Assembly: GCA_963775425.1 (NCBI GenBank)
Contig: CAVZJB010000011.1
Span: forward strand, 1,085,751 to 1,149,750
Source: an uncultured delta proteobacterium
GTDB taxonomy: Bacteria > Myxococcota > UBA727 > VGSZ01
Direction of reading: 5' to 3'
DNA length: 64,000 nt
Within the stretch, counting starts at the first letter, position 1. The number at the start of each line of letters is the position of its first letter. The position numbers were made by a program, and so were the translations under genes. This document shows, piece after piece, positions 32,766 through 42,005 of the stretch. Below the pieces are notes generated by a model that was given only the letters and a program-made list of their open reading frames with translations, was not told the DNA's origin and made no database searches.

Positions 32766-34577
32766 GTGGCAGAGGGTAAGCCGTCCCCGCGCGACCCCCG
32801 GCCCCACAAACGAGGGCCGCCGAAGACGTCTACCCGCGTCCAGGGTGGGCGCGCGTCCGATGGAAAGCGAAAGGCCGCGCGGCGGGAGCCCGTGGACGAG
32901 ATGGAGGGGCTGTTCGTCGACCCGGTCCCCGAGTCGAAGAAGAGCAAGGCGGCGCCGCGCGCCGCCGACCGCCGGCGCGAGCGAGGTCAGGCGCCGCCAC
33001 CGGTGGGCGTGCGCGATACGCGCACATCGATGCCGCAGCGTGAGCGCGAGCGGGAACGCGAAGCGCAATCGCGCATGAGCGAGCTGAACCCCAAGTCGTT
33101 CGCGAAGTCCACGCTCACGTGCACGCGCGGACCCGAAGAAGGGCTGTCGCTCAACCTCATCGAAGGCTCGTACACCGTCGGGCGCGCACGCGAGAACAGC
33201 TTCGTCCTCAAGGACATCGCCGCCAGCCGCCGCCACCTGCGCATCGACGTCGACGGCCGCGGCGCGCGCGTCGTCGACCTCGGGAGCGGCAACGGCACGC
33301 GCGTGAACGGCAAGCGCATCGGCGAGCACGAGCTGCAGCACGGCGACCGCATCGAGATCGGCGGCTCGGTGTTGCTCTATCAGGACAAGGGGAAGCCCAG
33401 CGTCGACGGCAACGGCAGCGGCGCCATCGACGACGCCCAGGCGCGCGTCATCCGCGCCGCCGAGAAGCTCGCCGCCGAGCTGTCCGAGCGCATGCGCTTC
33501 GGCGAAGACTCCGACGTGGGCTTCGAGGACGGGCACATCGCCAAGACGCGCGCGCTGCCGCCCCAGTCGAAGAGCCTGGACGCGCCGCGGTCGAAGACGG
33601 TGAACCCGCAGAAGCTCTGGAAGGAGACCTTCACCAACCTCCCGCTCGACAAGATCATCCCCGCCGACGAGCCGCTCCGCGGTCCGCGCGCGGCGGAGTC
33701 CGTGCAGGTCCCGCAGGCGCCGCAGGTGGCGCAGCGCGCGCCGCTGCCGCGCCCCCAGCCGCTCCCGGTGCCGCCGCCGCCCGACGACGAGCTCGATCTG
33801 TCGGGCTCGTCGGCGCGCGGCGGCTGGATGGTCTCGCTGCTCGTCACGCTCGTCGTGGTGCTCATCGGCAGCGCCGCCGTGCTCGGCGTGCTGCTGTTGA
33901 CCCGGCATCGCGCCACCGCGGCGGAGCAGGCGCAGGAGGCGGTCACGCAGCAGGCGTTCGACGACTGGATGAGCAAGTCCGAGAAGGCGCTCGAGAAGGG
34001 CCAGTGGCAATTCGCGCTCGACTACGCCAAGGAGGCCGAGCGCCTCCGGCCCGGCGACAACGGCGCGGTGCGCTACGAGCACGAGGCGCAGCGACACATG
34101 AAGCATGCGCCTGCGCCTGCGCCGCCCGCGACCGCGCCGACGCCCGCGGCCGCGCCGCCGCCCACGGCCGTGCCGGCCGCGGCCGCGCCACCGCCGGCCA
34201 CGGCGGAGCCGCCGCCCGCCAGCGTCGTCGAGCTGAAGCCCGCGCCTCCGCCTCCTCCGCCGCCGCAAAAGCGCGCGCCGCCCCCCGCGCCGCGCGTGCA
34301 GGAGCCGCCGCCTGCGCACCACGCCCACGTCGCGCCGCCGCCGTCGAGGCCGCCGCCGTCGAGGCCGCCGCCGTCCAGGGCGCCGTCGCGCTCACGCCAC
34401 GGCAAGACCATGAGCGACGTGACGGCGCAGGGGCGCTTCGAGGCAGCGGTCGACGCGTTCCGCCTCAAGGACGACAAGAAGGGCTGCAAGATGCTCGAGG
34501 AGATCGCCGACCGCGCGTCGCCGGACTCCCGCTGGAAGGAAAAGTCCGAGAACCTGTTCTCGCGCTTGTGCGATTGA
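32766..34577 (+). CDS. FHA-domain single-pass membrane protein with TPR-like and Pro-rich C-terminal region
   Basis: YTVGRARENSFVLKDIAASRRH...DLGSGNGTRVNG...GDRIEIG (conserved FHA G-R, S-x-x-H, N-G); TM WMVSLLVTLVVVLIG; PPPSR repeats. Confidence 0.88.
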   Translation: MAEGKPSPRDPRPHKRGPPKTSTRVQGGRASDGKRKAARREPVDEMEGLFVDPVPESKKSKAAPRAADRRRERGQAPPPVGVRDTRTSMPQREREREREAQSRMSELNPKSFAKSTLTCTRGPEEGLSLNLIEGSYTVGRARENSFVLKDIAASRRHLRIDVDGRGARVVDLGSGNGTRVNGKRIGEHELQHGDRIEIGGSVLLYQDKGKPSVDGNGSGAIDDAQARVIRAAEKLAAELSERMRFGEDSDVGFEDGHIAKTRALPPQSKSLDAPRSKTVNPQKLWKETFTNLPLDKIIPADEPLRGPRAAESVQVPQAPQVAQRAPLPRPQPLPVPPPPDDELDLSGSSARGGWMVSLLVTLVVVLIGSAAVLGVLLLTRHRATAAEQAQEAVTQQAFDDWMSKSEKALEKGQWQFALDYAKEAERLRPGDNGAVRYEHEAQRHMKHAPAPAPPATAPTPAAAPPPTAVPAAAAPPPATAEPPPASVVELKPAPPPPPPPQKRAPPPAPRVQEPPPAHHAHVAPPPSRPPPSRPPPSRAPSRSRHGKTMSDVTAQGRFEAAVDAFRLKDDKKGCKMLEEIADRASPDSRWKEKSENLFSRLCD

Positions 34578-34584
34578 CGTCACC

Positions 34585-34610
34585 GCCCTCGCGGCGCTCC
34601 GCGCGAGGGC
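34585..34610. terminator. GC-rich hairpin between convergent genes
   Basis: GCCCTCGCG-8 nt-CGCGAGGGC perfect 9-bp stem; no U-tract. Confidence 0.45.
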
Positions 34611-35018
34611 TCAGAACACACGGGCGAAGAACAGCTCGGGCACGCCGAAGTTGAACACGAGGCCGACGCGCAGCTTCCCCGCGGCGAGGCCGCGCACCGT
34701 CTCCGTGCGGTGCTCGTCGGTGAGGCGCGCCTCCGCGCGGACAATCACGAGGACGCGATCGTCGACGAGGAGGTCGGCGGGGAACGACCCTACGACGTTG
34801 TGCCGATAGAGCACCGAGAGGGTGGAGTCCTTCTGCACATCGAGCGCGCGTGAGCTGATCTCCACGGCGAGCGCGTTTTTGTAGGTGGCGGCGTCATGCC
34901 ATGAGCCGAGCGCCTCGTGGACGGCGACGGCGGCGTCAAGCGTCTCCGAGCAGGTACGGTCCTCGAGGATCTCCTTCGAGAGTCCGTGACGGAGGGCACG
35001 CGCGGGGAGGGCTTTCAT
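34611..35018 (-). CDS. GxxExxY-family protein, degenerate
   Basis: AAVAVHEALG...YKNALAVE...LSVLYRHNVVGSFPADLLVDDRVLV...GLVFNFG matches the family layout, but signature residues are changed. Confidence 0.8.
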   Translation of the reverse strand: MKALPARALRHGLSKEILEDRTCSETLDAAVAVHEALGSWHDAATYKNALAVEISSRALDVQKDSTLSVLYRHNVVGSFPADLLVDDRVLVIVRAEARLTDEHRTETVRGLAAGKLRVGLVFNFGVPELFFARVF

Positions 35019-35063
35019 GTCATCTTCTGCGCGATGGTCAGCGTACCAGAGAGGGAGCGGCGC

Positions 35064-36269
35064 ATGCGGATCCTGTACGGTGTCGTCGGCGAAGGCATGG
35101 GTCACGCGACGCGGAGCCGTGTGATCCTCGAGCACCTCCTGAGCGCCAAGCACGAGCTCCGCGTCATCGTCTCCGGCCGCGCCCACGCCTTCCTCTCGTC
35201 CAGGTTCGAGGGGCGGGCGGACATCCGGATCACGGAGATCGAGGGCCTCAACCTCCGCTTCGAAGGAAACGAGCTCGACCTGTCCGAGAGCATCCTGTCG
35301 AACCTCGAGAAGGCGCCGGCGGCGCTCGCCAAGAACCTGAGCGTGATGACGGAGGTGCTCGAGGGCTTCGGCCCGGAGGTCGTCATCTCGGACTTCGAGT
35401 CCACGGCGTACTTCTACGGCCGGCTCAACCGCGTGCCGGTGATCAGCATCGACAACATGCAGGTCATCAACCGCTGCCGCCATGATCGCTTCGTCAGCGA
35501 CGACAAGAGCTTCTCGTTCCAGATGGCCAAGCTCGCGGTGAAGGCCAAGCTGCCCGGCGCCTACCACTACCTCGTCACCAGCTTCTTCTTCCCGCCGGTG
35601 CGCAAGCCGCGCACCACGCTGGTGCCGCCCATTCTTCGCCCCGAGCTCCTGCGCGCCAGGCGCGAACCGGGCGCCCACGTGCTCGTGTACCAGACGGCCG
35701 CCACCAACACGGCGCTGGTGCCCGCGCTCCAGTCGCTCCCGTACGAGTTCAAGCTCTACGGCATGGGGCGCGAGGGGAAGGAGAAGAACGTCACCCTGCG
35801 CGCCTTCTCCGAGACCGGCTTCGTCGACGACCTCCGCACCGCGCGCGCCGTCATCGCGGGCGGCGGGTACTCGCTCATGGGCGAGGCCGTGCACCTGCAC
35901 GTGCCCATGCTCTCGGTGCCCATCGGCGGTCAGTACGAGCAGGAGCTGAACGCGCGCTATCTCGAGAAGCTCGGCTACGGGATGTACGCGGAGAAGATCG
36001 ACGTCGACGTCATGAAGCGGTTCCTCGCCGACACCGACGCCATGGCGCACGCGCTCGAGAAGTACGTCCCGCGCGACAACTCCATGCTGTTCTCGTGCAT
36101 CGACGAGCTGTTGCGCGACGTCGACCTCGGCGAGCCGCCGCCGGCATCGCTCGAGACACCGGCGCTCGGCACGTGGGACGGGCCGGAGCTGCCGCCGCAC
36201 CTCGCGGAGGCCATCGAGAACGACGAGGACGAGACGGTCCCGCCCGGCAAAGGCGGGCGAAAGCCGTGA
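35064..36269 (+). CDS. MJ1255/VC2487-family glycosyltransferase (GT-B)
   Basis: MRILYGVVGEGMGHATRS, VISDFES, ISIDNMQ, GGGYSLMGEA, GQYEQELNA. Confidence 0.9.
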   Translation: MRILYGVVGEGMGHATRSRVILEHLLSAKHELRVIVSGRAHAFLSSRFEGRADIRITEIEGLNLRFEGNELDLSESILSNLEKAPAALAKNLSVMTEVLEGFGPEVVISDFESTAYFYGRLNRVPVISIDNMQVINRCRHDRFVSDDKSFSFQMAKLAVKAKLPGAYHYLVTSFFFPPVRKPRTTLVPPILRPELLRARREPGAHVLVYQTAATNTALVPALQSLPYEFKLYGMGREGKEKNVTLRAFSETGFVDDLRTARAVIAGGGYSLMGEAVHLHVPMLSVPIGGQYEQELNARYLEKLGYGMYAEKIDVDVMKRFLADTDAMAHALEKYVPRDNSMLFSCIDELLRDVDLGEPPPASLETPALGTWDGPELPPHLAEAIENDEDETVPPGKGGRKP

Positions 36270-39200
36270 TGCACCTCGGCGCCGGCCGGGAGCTCGTACC
36301 CGCGGGGGTCGGCCCCGACGGCGCCAAGTACAACGGGGTCGACAAGAGCGGCGCGCCGGTCACCCTCTATCGCCTGCGCCCCGCCGCGAGCAAGGCCGGC
36401 GCCGCGCGCTTCGACGTTCTCTCCCGTTCGCGCATCGACCGCGCCCTGGTCATCAAGCGCATCGACCTCGAGGCGAACATCGTCGTCGTCGAGCGCACGA
36501 CGGATACGCTCGCCAAGGTCCTCGCCGCGGGGCCGCTGCCGGCCGAGCGCGCGGTGCGCGTGCTCCACGACGTCGCCCGGGCGCTCCATCAGTTGCATCG
36601 CGAGGGGCTCACGCACGGCGCCGTCGAGCCCGCCGCGGTCGCGCTCTACGAAGGGGGCGGCGCCGCCCTCGACGTCACCGGGCTGCGCTGCTCCACGCGC
36701 GCCGACGCCCTCGCGCGGCTGTGCCGCGCCAAGGACGACGAGGGTGACGCCGGCGCCGACGTGTTCGCGCTCGGCGCGTTGCTGCTCGCGTGCCTCGAAG
36801 GCCGCGGCGCGGTCGCGCGCCTCCTCGAGGATCGCGGCGCCGAGCGCACCACCGCCGACGCGGGCCGGTCATACACGGGCGCGCACATGCTCGCCGCCGA
36901 GATGCTCGAGGAGGAGCCGGCGTGGCGTCCGTCGAGCTTCGAGGTGGTGCGCCGGCTGGCGGCGCTCCGCGGCGGGCCCACCGACGACGGCGACAGCACC
37001 CGCGCGGGGGCGCCGGCCGCGCGGGCCCCCGAGGGCGCGGCCGTGGTCGCCGGCGCGACGTCGACGCCCGAGGGACTGCCGGAGGCCGTCGGCCGCTTCG
37101 AGGTCATCACGCTCCTCGGCGAGGGCGCCATGGGCCGCGTGTACAAAGCGCGCGATCGCAAAAGCGGCGACGTCGTCGCGCTCAAGGTCATCCCCGCCGA
37201 CCCGCCGCCGACCAAGCGCGCGCTCAAGCGCTTCCGCAAGGAGGCGCGCATCCTGTCCGAGGTGAACAACCCCGGCGTGGCTGGGCTCGTGGACGCCGGC
37301 GAAGACGACGGCCGCCTGTGGATCGCCGTGGAGCACGTCGAGGGCGACACGCTGTCCTCGTTCATCGCGCAGCGCGGGCCGCTGCCGGAGACGGAGGCCC
37401 TCGGGATCGTGGCCGACCTCTGCCGCGCCCTCGTCGACGTTCACGCGCAGGGCGTCGTGCATCGCGACATCAAACCGCAGAACGTCCTCGTCGTCGCGGA
37501 GGCGGCCGGGGCGGCGCCGGTGAAGAGGGCGTCGCCGCGCATCAAGCTCATCGACTTTGGCATCGCGCGCCACCTCGACGAGACCGAGTCGCTGGCGATG
37601 ACGCGCCACGGCGCGGTGCTCGGCACGCCGCTGTACATGGCACCGGAGCAGGCGAGGGGCGACAGCGTAGACGCGCGCAGCGACGTGTACGCCGTCGGCA
37701 CCATCCTCTACGAGCTCCTCACGGGCACCGCGCCCTTCGCGGGCCACGGCGCCACGGCGGTGCTGTTGATGCAACAGGAGCGCGTCGCACCGCGCGTCAC
37801 CGAAGTGAGGCCGGAGTGCTCCGAGGAGGTCGCTCGCATCGTCGCGCGCGCGCTCGAGAAGGATCCGGACGCGCGCTTCCCCGACGCGCACGAGATGCTG
37901 GCCGCGCTGCTGCGGCTCCTCGACGAGGAGCCGGCCACCATCATGGCGCACCCGCGGGCGCGCGGCCCCGACGGCCTGTCGCGCTGGGCGTTCGAGTGGG
38001 ACCTCAAGAGCGCGCCCAGGGAGCTGTGGCCGTACGTGAGCAACACCGAGCGCCTGAACCGCGCCATCGGCCTCGGCGCCGTCGACGAGCACGTGGAGAT
38101 CGAGGACGGCGATCCCGTGCAGTTCGGCCATAGCAAGCAGGCGGGCTTCGACCTTCGCTGGCGGGAGCTGCCGTACGAGTGGGTCGTCGATCGGCGCATC
38201 GGCGTGTTTCGCGAGTACAGCGAAGGCCCGATGCGCTCCCTGCGCAGCACCGTCGACCTCCACCCGGCGCCGGGCGGCGGCACGCACATCGTGCACACCA
38301 TCGAGATCGATCCGCGCGGGGTGCTCGGGCGCGCCGCCGCCGCCGTGGAGATGGGCGTGCGCACGCGCCGCTCGCTCGACCGCGTCTATCGGCGCATCGA
38401 CGAGCTGGTGCACGCAGGCAGGCTCGACGGCGTCGTCGATCCCTACGCGCCGCCGGAGAGCTTGACGCTCGCGCAGCGCGAACGCCTCGCGCAGCTCGAG
38501 CGCAAGATCGTCGACGCCGGCGCCGACGCCGCCGTCGTCGCGCGCCTCGGCGAGCTCGTCGAGCACGCGCCCGCGCAGGAGCTCGCGCGTATCCGCCCGA
38601 TCGCGCTCGCGCGGCGGCTCGATCTCGACGAGGACGCGGTGCTGCGTGCGTGCCTCGTGGCGGGACGCGAGGGCATGTTGGTTCCGCTGTGGGACCTGCT
38701 GTGCCCGGCCTGCCGCGGCCCCGCGGGCATCGAAGAGACGCTGCGCGCGGTGAAGGACCACGCGCATTGCGACGTGTGCAACATCGACTTTGCGCTCGAC
38801 CTGGCGAGCTCCATCGAGCTCGTGTTTCGTGTGCACCCGCAGCTTCGCCAGGCCGACGTCGCCACCTACTGCCTGTCGTCGCCGGGCAAGTCGCCGCACG
38901 TGCTCGCGCAAGTGCGCGTGATGCCCGGCGAGCGCTTCCTGTTGGACACCGTGCTGCCCGAGGGCAGCTACCAGCTCGTCGGGCGGCGCCTCTCGTACAC
39001 CCTGGCCCTGACGGTGCGCGCGGGGGCGGCAGCGTCGCGCGTCGAGCTGCCGCTGTCGACGGGGCCGGCGCGGAACGAGCGGGTGATGACCACGGAGCGG
39101 CAGGAGATCGTTTTGCACAACGACACCGGCCGCGAGCAGCTCGTGCGCCTCGAGCGAACGGCGCCGCGCAATGACGTCGTCACAGCGGCCCGCGCGGCGG

Positions 39201-39826
39201 CGCACCCGCTGTTTCGCGCGCTCTATCCGAACGAGCTTTTGGAGCCCGGTGCGCTCCTGCGCGTGGGCAGCATCGTCCTCGCGCACGCGGAGCTGCGCGG
39301 CGCGGACGTCGACGCCGCCGGCGCGGGCGACCCGGCCGCGTTCTCATCGCTGTACGCGGCGTTCAAGGCGATGGAGGCCGCCGTGGCCGCCGAGGGCGGC
39401 AGCGTGGTGAAGCTCCTCGGCGACGGTCTGCTCGCCGTCTTCGACGATCCCGCAGCGGCCGTGCGCGCGGCGTGGGCGCTCGACGGCGCCGTGCGCGCCG
39501 ATCAGCGCCCGGCAGGAGCGGGAGCGCTCGACAGCAAGAGGGCGAGCGACACCGGGCCCGCAGGGCAGGGGCGGCTGCGCGTGCGCGCGGCCGTCCATCG
39601 CGGCCCCGCGGCGGCGGTGACCTTGAACGACAGGCTCGACTACTTCGGCGCGTGCGTCCGCGAGGTCGCGGCGCTCGCCGGCGCGGGCGGCGACGGCTCC
39701 GTCCTCGTCAGCGACGATGTCCTCACCGACCCCGTGGTGCAAGCGCTCCTCGACGAGCGCGCCGAGGCCCGCACGCTCCCCGGCGTGCTCTCCGAGGAGC
39801 CCACCGGGCCCTTCGCCATCGCCTGA
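36269..39826 (+). CDS. multidomain Ser/Thr kinase: pseudokinase - kinase - SRPBCC - DUF5939 - class III cyclase-like
   Basis: Kinase LGEGAMGRVY, VALK, HRDIKPQN, DFG, GTPLYMAPEQ, DVYAVG; PRELWPYVSNTERLNRAIGL; WDLLCPACRG...HCDVCNIDF; VVKLLGDGLLAVF...HRGPA...LDYFG. Confidence 0.92.
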   Translation: MHLGAGRELVPAGVGPDGAKYNGVDKSGAPVTLYRLRPAASKAGAARFDVLSRSRIDRALVIKRIDLEANIVVVERTTDTLAKVLAAGPLPAERAVRVLHDVARALHQLHREGLTHGAVEPAAVALYEGGGAALDVTGLRCSTRADALARLCRAKDDEGDAGADVFALGALLLACLEGRGAVARLLEDRGAERTTADAGRSYTGAHMLAAEMLEEEPAWRPSSFEVVRRLAALRGGPTDDGDSTRAGAPAARAPEGAAVVAGATSTPEGLPEAVGRFEVITLLGEGAMGRVYKARDRKSGDVVALKVIPADPPPTKRALKRFRKEARILSEVNNPGVAGLVDAGEDDGRLWIAVEHVEGDTLSSFIAQRGPLPETEALGIVADLCRALVDVHAQGVVHRDIKPQNVLVVAEAAGAAPVKRASPRIKLIDFGIARHLDETESLAMTRHGAVLGTPLYMAPEQARGDSVDARSDVYAVGTILYELLTGTAPFAGHGATAVLLMQQERVAPRVTEVRPECSEEVARIVARALEKDPDARFPDAHEMLAALLRLLDEEPATIMAHPRARGPDGLSRWAFEWDLKSAPRELWPYVSNTERLNRAIGLGAVDEHVEIEDGDPVQFGHSKQAGFDLRWRELPYEWVVDRRIGVFREYSEGPMRSLRSTVDLHPAPGGGTHIVHTIEIDPRGVLGRAAAAVEMGVRTRRSLDRVYRRIDELVHAGRLDGVVDPYAPPESLTLAQRERLAQLERKIVDAGADAAVVARLGELVEHAPAQELARIRPIALARRLDLDEDAVLRACLVAGREGMLVPLWDLLCPACRGPAGIEETLRAVKDHAHCDVCNIDFALDLASSIELVFRVHPQLRQADVATYCLSSPGKSPHVLAQVRVMPGERFLLDTVLPEGSYQLVGRRLSYTLALTVRAGAAASRVELPLSTGPARNERVMTTERQEIVLHNDTGREQLVRLERTAPRNDVVTAARAAAHPLFRALYPNELLEPGALLRVGSIVLAHAELRGADVDAAGAGDPAAFSSLYAAFKAMEAAVAAEGGSVVKLLGDGLLAVFDDPAAAVRAAWALDGAVRADQRPAGAGALDSKRASDTGPAGQGRLRVRAAVHRGPAAAVTLNDRLDYFGACVREVAALAGAGGDGSVLVSDDVLTDPVVQALLDERAEARTLPGVLSEEPTGPFAIA

Positions 39827-39865
39827 CGGTGCGGAGGTGCCCGGCCGCCGGTGTAGGCTCGGCGC

Positions 39866-41005
39866 GTGACCGTCCCGCGCCCTCGTCGCGTCGCCGCCGC
39901 GCTCGTCTCCGTCGTCAGCGTCGTCATCTTCGTCATCGTCGTCGGCGCGGCAGCCGTGCACGCCGGCGGCGCGCGGGGGAGCGCGCTCGATACGTCGCTC
40001 TTCGCCAAGCTCCGCGGCGCGCCCGGCAACCTCGTGGTGTCGCCGGCGTCGGCGCGGGCGGCGCTCTCGCTGGTGCGCGCCGGCGCGGCGGGGAAGACGC
40101 GCGCGGAGCTCGAGCGGCTCGTGCACGCCGGCGGCGGCGTCCCCGGCGAAAACCTCGTCGTCGCCGGCGCCGGGGTCACCCTGTCGGCCGCCTTTCGCGA
40201 AGAAGCGGAGCGCACCTTTCACGCGCGCGTGCTCGACGCCGCGCACGCGGGCGCGCCTGGCGGCCCGGCGCTCGGCGACGCCGCCCGGCGGATCCTCGCG
40301 GGCGTCGACGCGGACGGCGTGCTCGTCGAAAACACGTTGGCGTTCAAGGGCCGGTGGCGGAGCCGCTTCGACAAGAGGGACACGCGCGAGCTGCCGTTTC
40401 AGCTCGACGAGCGGACGCGGAAGCCCGTGCCGATGATGACGCTGGTCGGGCCGCTGCGGGCGCGGCGCCGCGCCGACGTCGACGTCGTGGAGCTGCCCTA
40501 CGCCGACGGCGGCGCCATGCTCCTCGCCGTGCCGCGCAAGCGCACGAGCGCCGCGCTCGCCGCCGTCGAGCGCGTGCTCGACCCCGCCCGGCTCGGCGCC
40601 GGCTTGCGCGAGCAGGCCGTGGCGCTCTCGCTCCCCCGCTTCTCGGTCTCCTCCACGCACGAGCTCGAGGCCGCGCTCACGGCGCTCGGTCTGAAGCACG
40701 CGTTCTGCAAAGCGCTCCCCGCCGTGGACCTCTCGCGGCTCGGCACGGCGGCGGCGGGTCCGCTGTGCGTCGCCGACGTGGTCCAGCGCGTCTCCGTCGA
40801 CGTCGACGAAGAGGGAACGACGGCGGCCGCGGACACCGAGGTGCGCCTCCTCGCGGCCGAGGGCGAGCCCGAGCGCCCGCCGCCGCTCGAGATCGCGGCG
40901 GATCACCCGTTCCTCTTCGTCGTCCGCGATGCGTCAGGCGCCGTGACCTTCGTCGGCCGCGTCGCCGATCCTGCGCCCGACGCGCCCGCGCTCCGCGGCG
41001 ATTGA
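39866..41005 (+). CDS. serpin family protein
   Basis: NLVVSPAS, NTLAFKGRW, VPMM, LPY, LSLPRF, VDEEGTTAAA hinge, DHPFLFVVRD...FVGRVADP. Confidence 0.9.
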   Translation: MTVPRPRRVAAALVSVVSVVIFVIVVGAAAVHAGGARGSALDTSLFAKLRGAPGNLVVSPASARAALSLVRAGAAGKTRAELERLVHAGGGVPGENLVVAGAGVTLSAAFREEAERTFHARVLDAAHAGAPGGPALGDAARRILAGVDADGVLVENTLAFKGRWRSRFDKRDTRELPFQLDERTRKPVPMMTLVGPLRARRRADVDVVELPYADGGAMLLAVPRKRTSAALAAVERVLDPARLGAGLREQAVALSLPRFSVSSTHELEAALTALGLKHAFCKALPAVDLSRLGTAAAGPLCVADVVQRVSVDVDEEGTTAAADTEVRLLAAEGEPERPPPLEIAADHPFLFVVRDASGAVTFVGRVADPAPDAPALRGD

Positions 41006-41020
41006 CCGCGGAACAACGCG

Positions 41021-41956
41021 TCACGACGGCGGCGCCGCTGTGTCGTCGTCCGTGCCCGACGCCGCGCCCGCGGCGATGCCGCCGCCCAGGGACGCTCCGA
41101 CCGCACCGCCGACGAGGAAGCCGAGCACGCCGTAGCCGATGTCGGCGAGGCCGTTGTCGAGCGGCGCAGCGACGAGGAGGCCGCCGGTGACGCCGGCGGC
41201 GGCGCCGACGAGGTAGCCCCCGAGCGCGCCGGCGCCTGCCGCGAGCGGAACGAGGACGCCGGGGGCGCTCGGCACCAGCGCGGCGACGAGGACGGCGGCG
41301 ACCACCGGCGAGCCGATGACGCCGATGAGCGGCAGGGTCGGGTCCTTGAGGTAGCCGCCGGCGGGCTCGCAGCTCTTGCACACGGACAAGATCGCCGGCG
41401 TGGCGAAGACGCCGGCGACGCTCGCCGCGGCGCTGGCCGCGGTGACGACGAGGCCGCGCTCGAACGGCGTCGCGCCGGGCCTTCGGGGCGCACCCGGCGC
41501 CGCGTGGGCGACGGCTGACGGGGGCGCCCGCATCCGTACGACGGCGATGTCGGCCGCGGCGACGACGCGCAGCGCGCCGTGGTCGTCGAGGGCGAGCGCG
41601 TTGGCGCCGCCGCGCACGACGACGCCCGTGATCGCCTCTCCGTCCTTCAAGGACACGGAGACGTCGGCGCCGGCGAGCGCCGCGGCGAGGCCGTCGTCGA
41701 GCGTTCCGGGCGCGCGCGCCGCGGTCGGGTCGTCGCGGCGCGTCACGCCGGTGAGGGTGGGCGCGGCGACGACGAGGTCGGCGTCGTCACCGAGGGCGAG
41801 CGTGATGGCGTCGCCGGCGCAGGCGCGGAGCGCGCCGCCGACGTGGAGGCCGCCTGTGAGGGCGACGCGTACACGGTCGCCCGTGTGAAGCGCCGGGCAC
41901 GTCACCGGTCCACCCGCGGCGAGAGACACCAACAGCACACAGCCGACGAAAGACAT
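41021..41956 (-). CDS. hypothetical exported/membrane protein with two Sm-like repeats and Gly-rich C-terminal helices
   Basis: Signal peptide; GDRVRVALTGGLHVGG and ADVSVSLKDGEAITGVV repeats; GxxxG-rich hydrophobic segments. Confidence 0.6.
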   Translation of the reverse strand: MSFVGCVLLVSLAAGGPVTCPALHTGDRVRVALTGGLHVGGALRACAGDAITLALGDDADLVVAAPTLTGVTRRDDPTAARAPGTLDDGLAAALAGADVSVSLKDGEAITGVVVRGGANALALDDHGALRVVAAADIAVVRMRAPPSAVAHAAPGAPRRPGATPFERGLVVTAASAAASVAGVFATPAILSVCKSCEPAGGYLKDPTLPLIGVIGSPVVAAVLVAALVPSAPGVLVPLAAGAGALGGYLVGAAAGVTGGLLVAAPLDNGLADIGYGVLGFLVGGAVGASLGGGIAAGAASGTDDDTAAPPS

Positions 41957-42005
41957 GGCGCGCCCCCCGCGTGGTTCGCGGGGAGCTCCGCAAGGCGCGT
42001 GCCTG

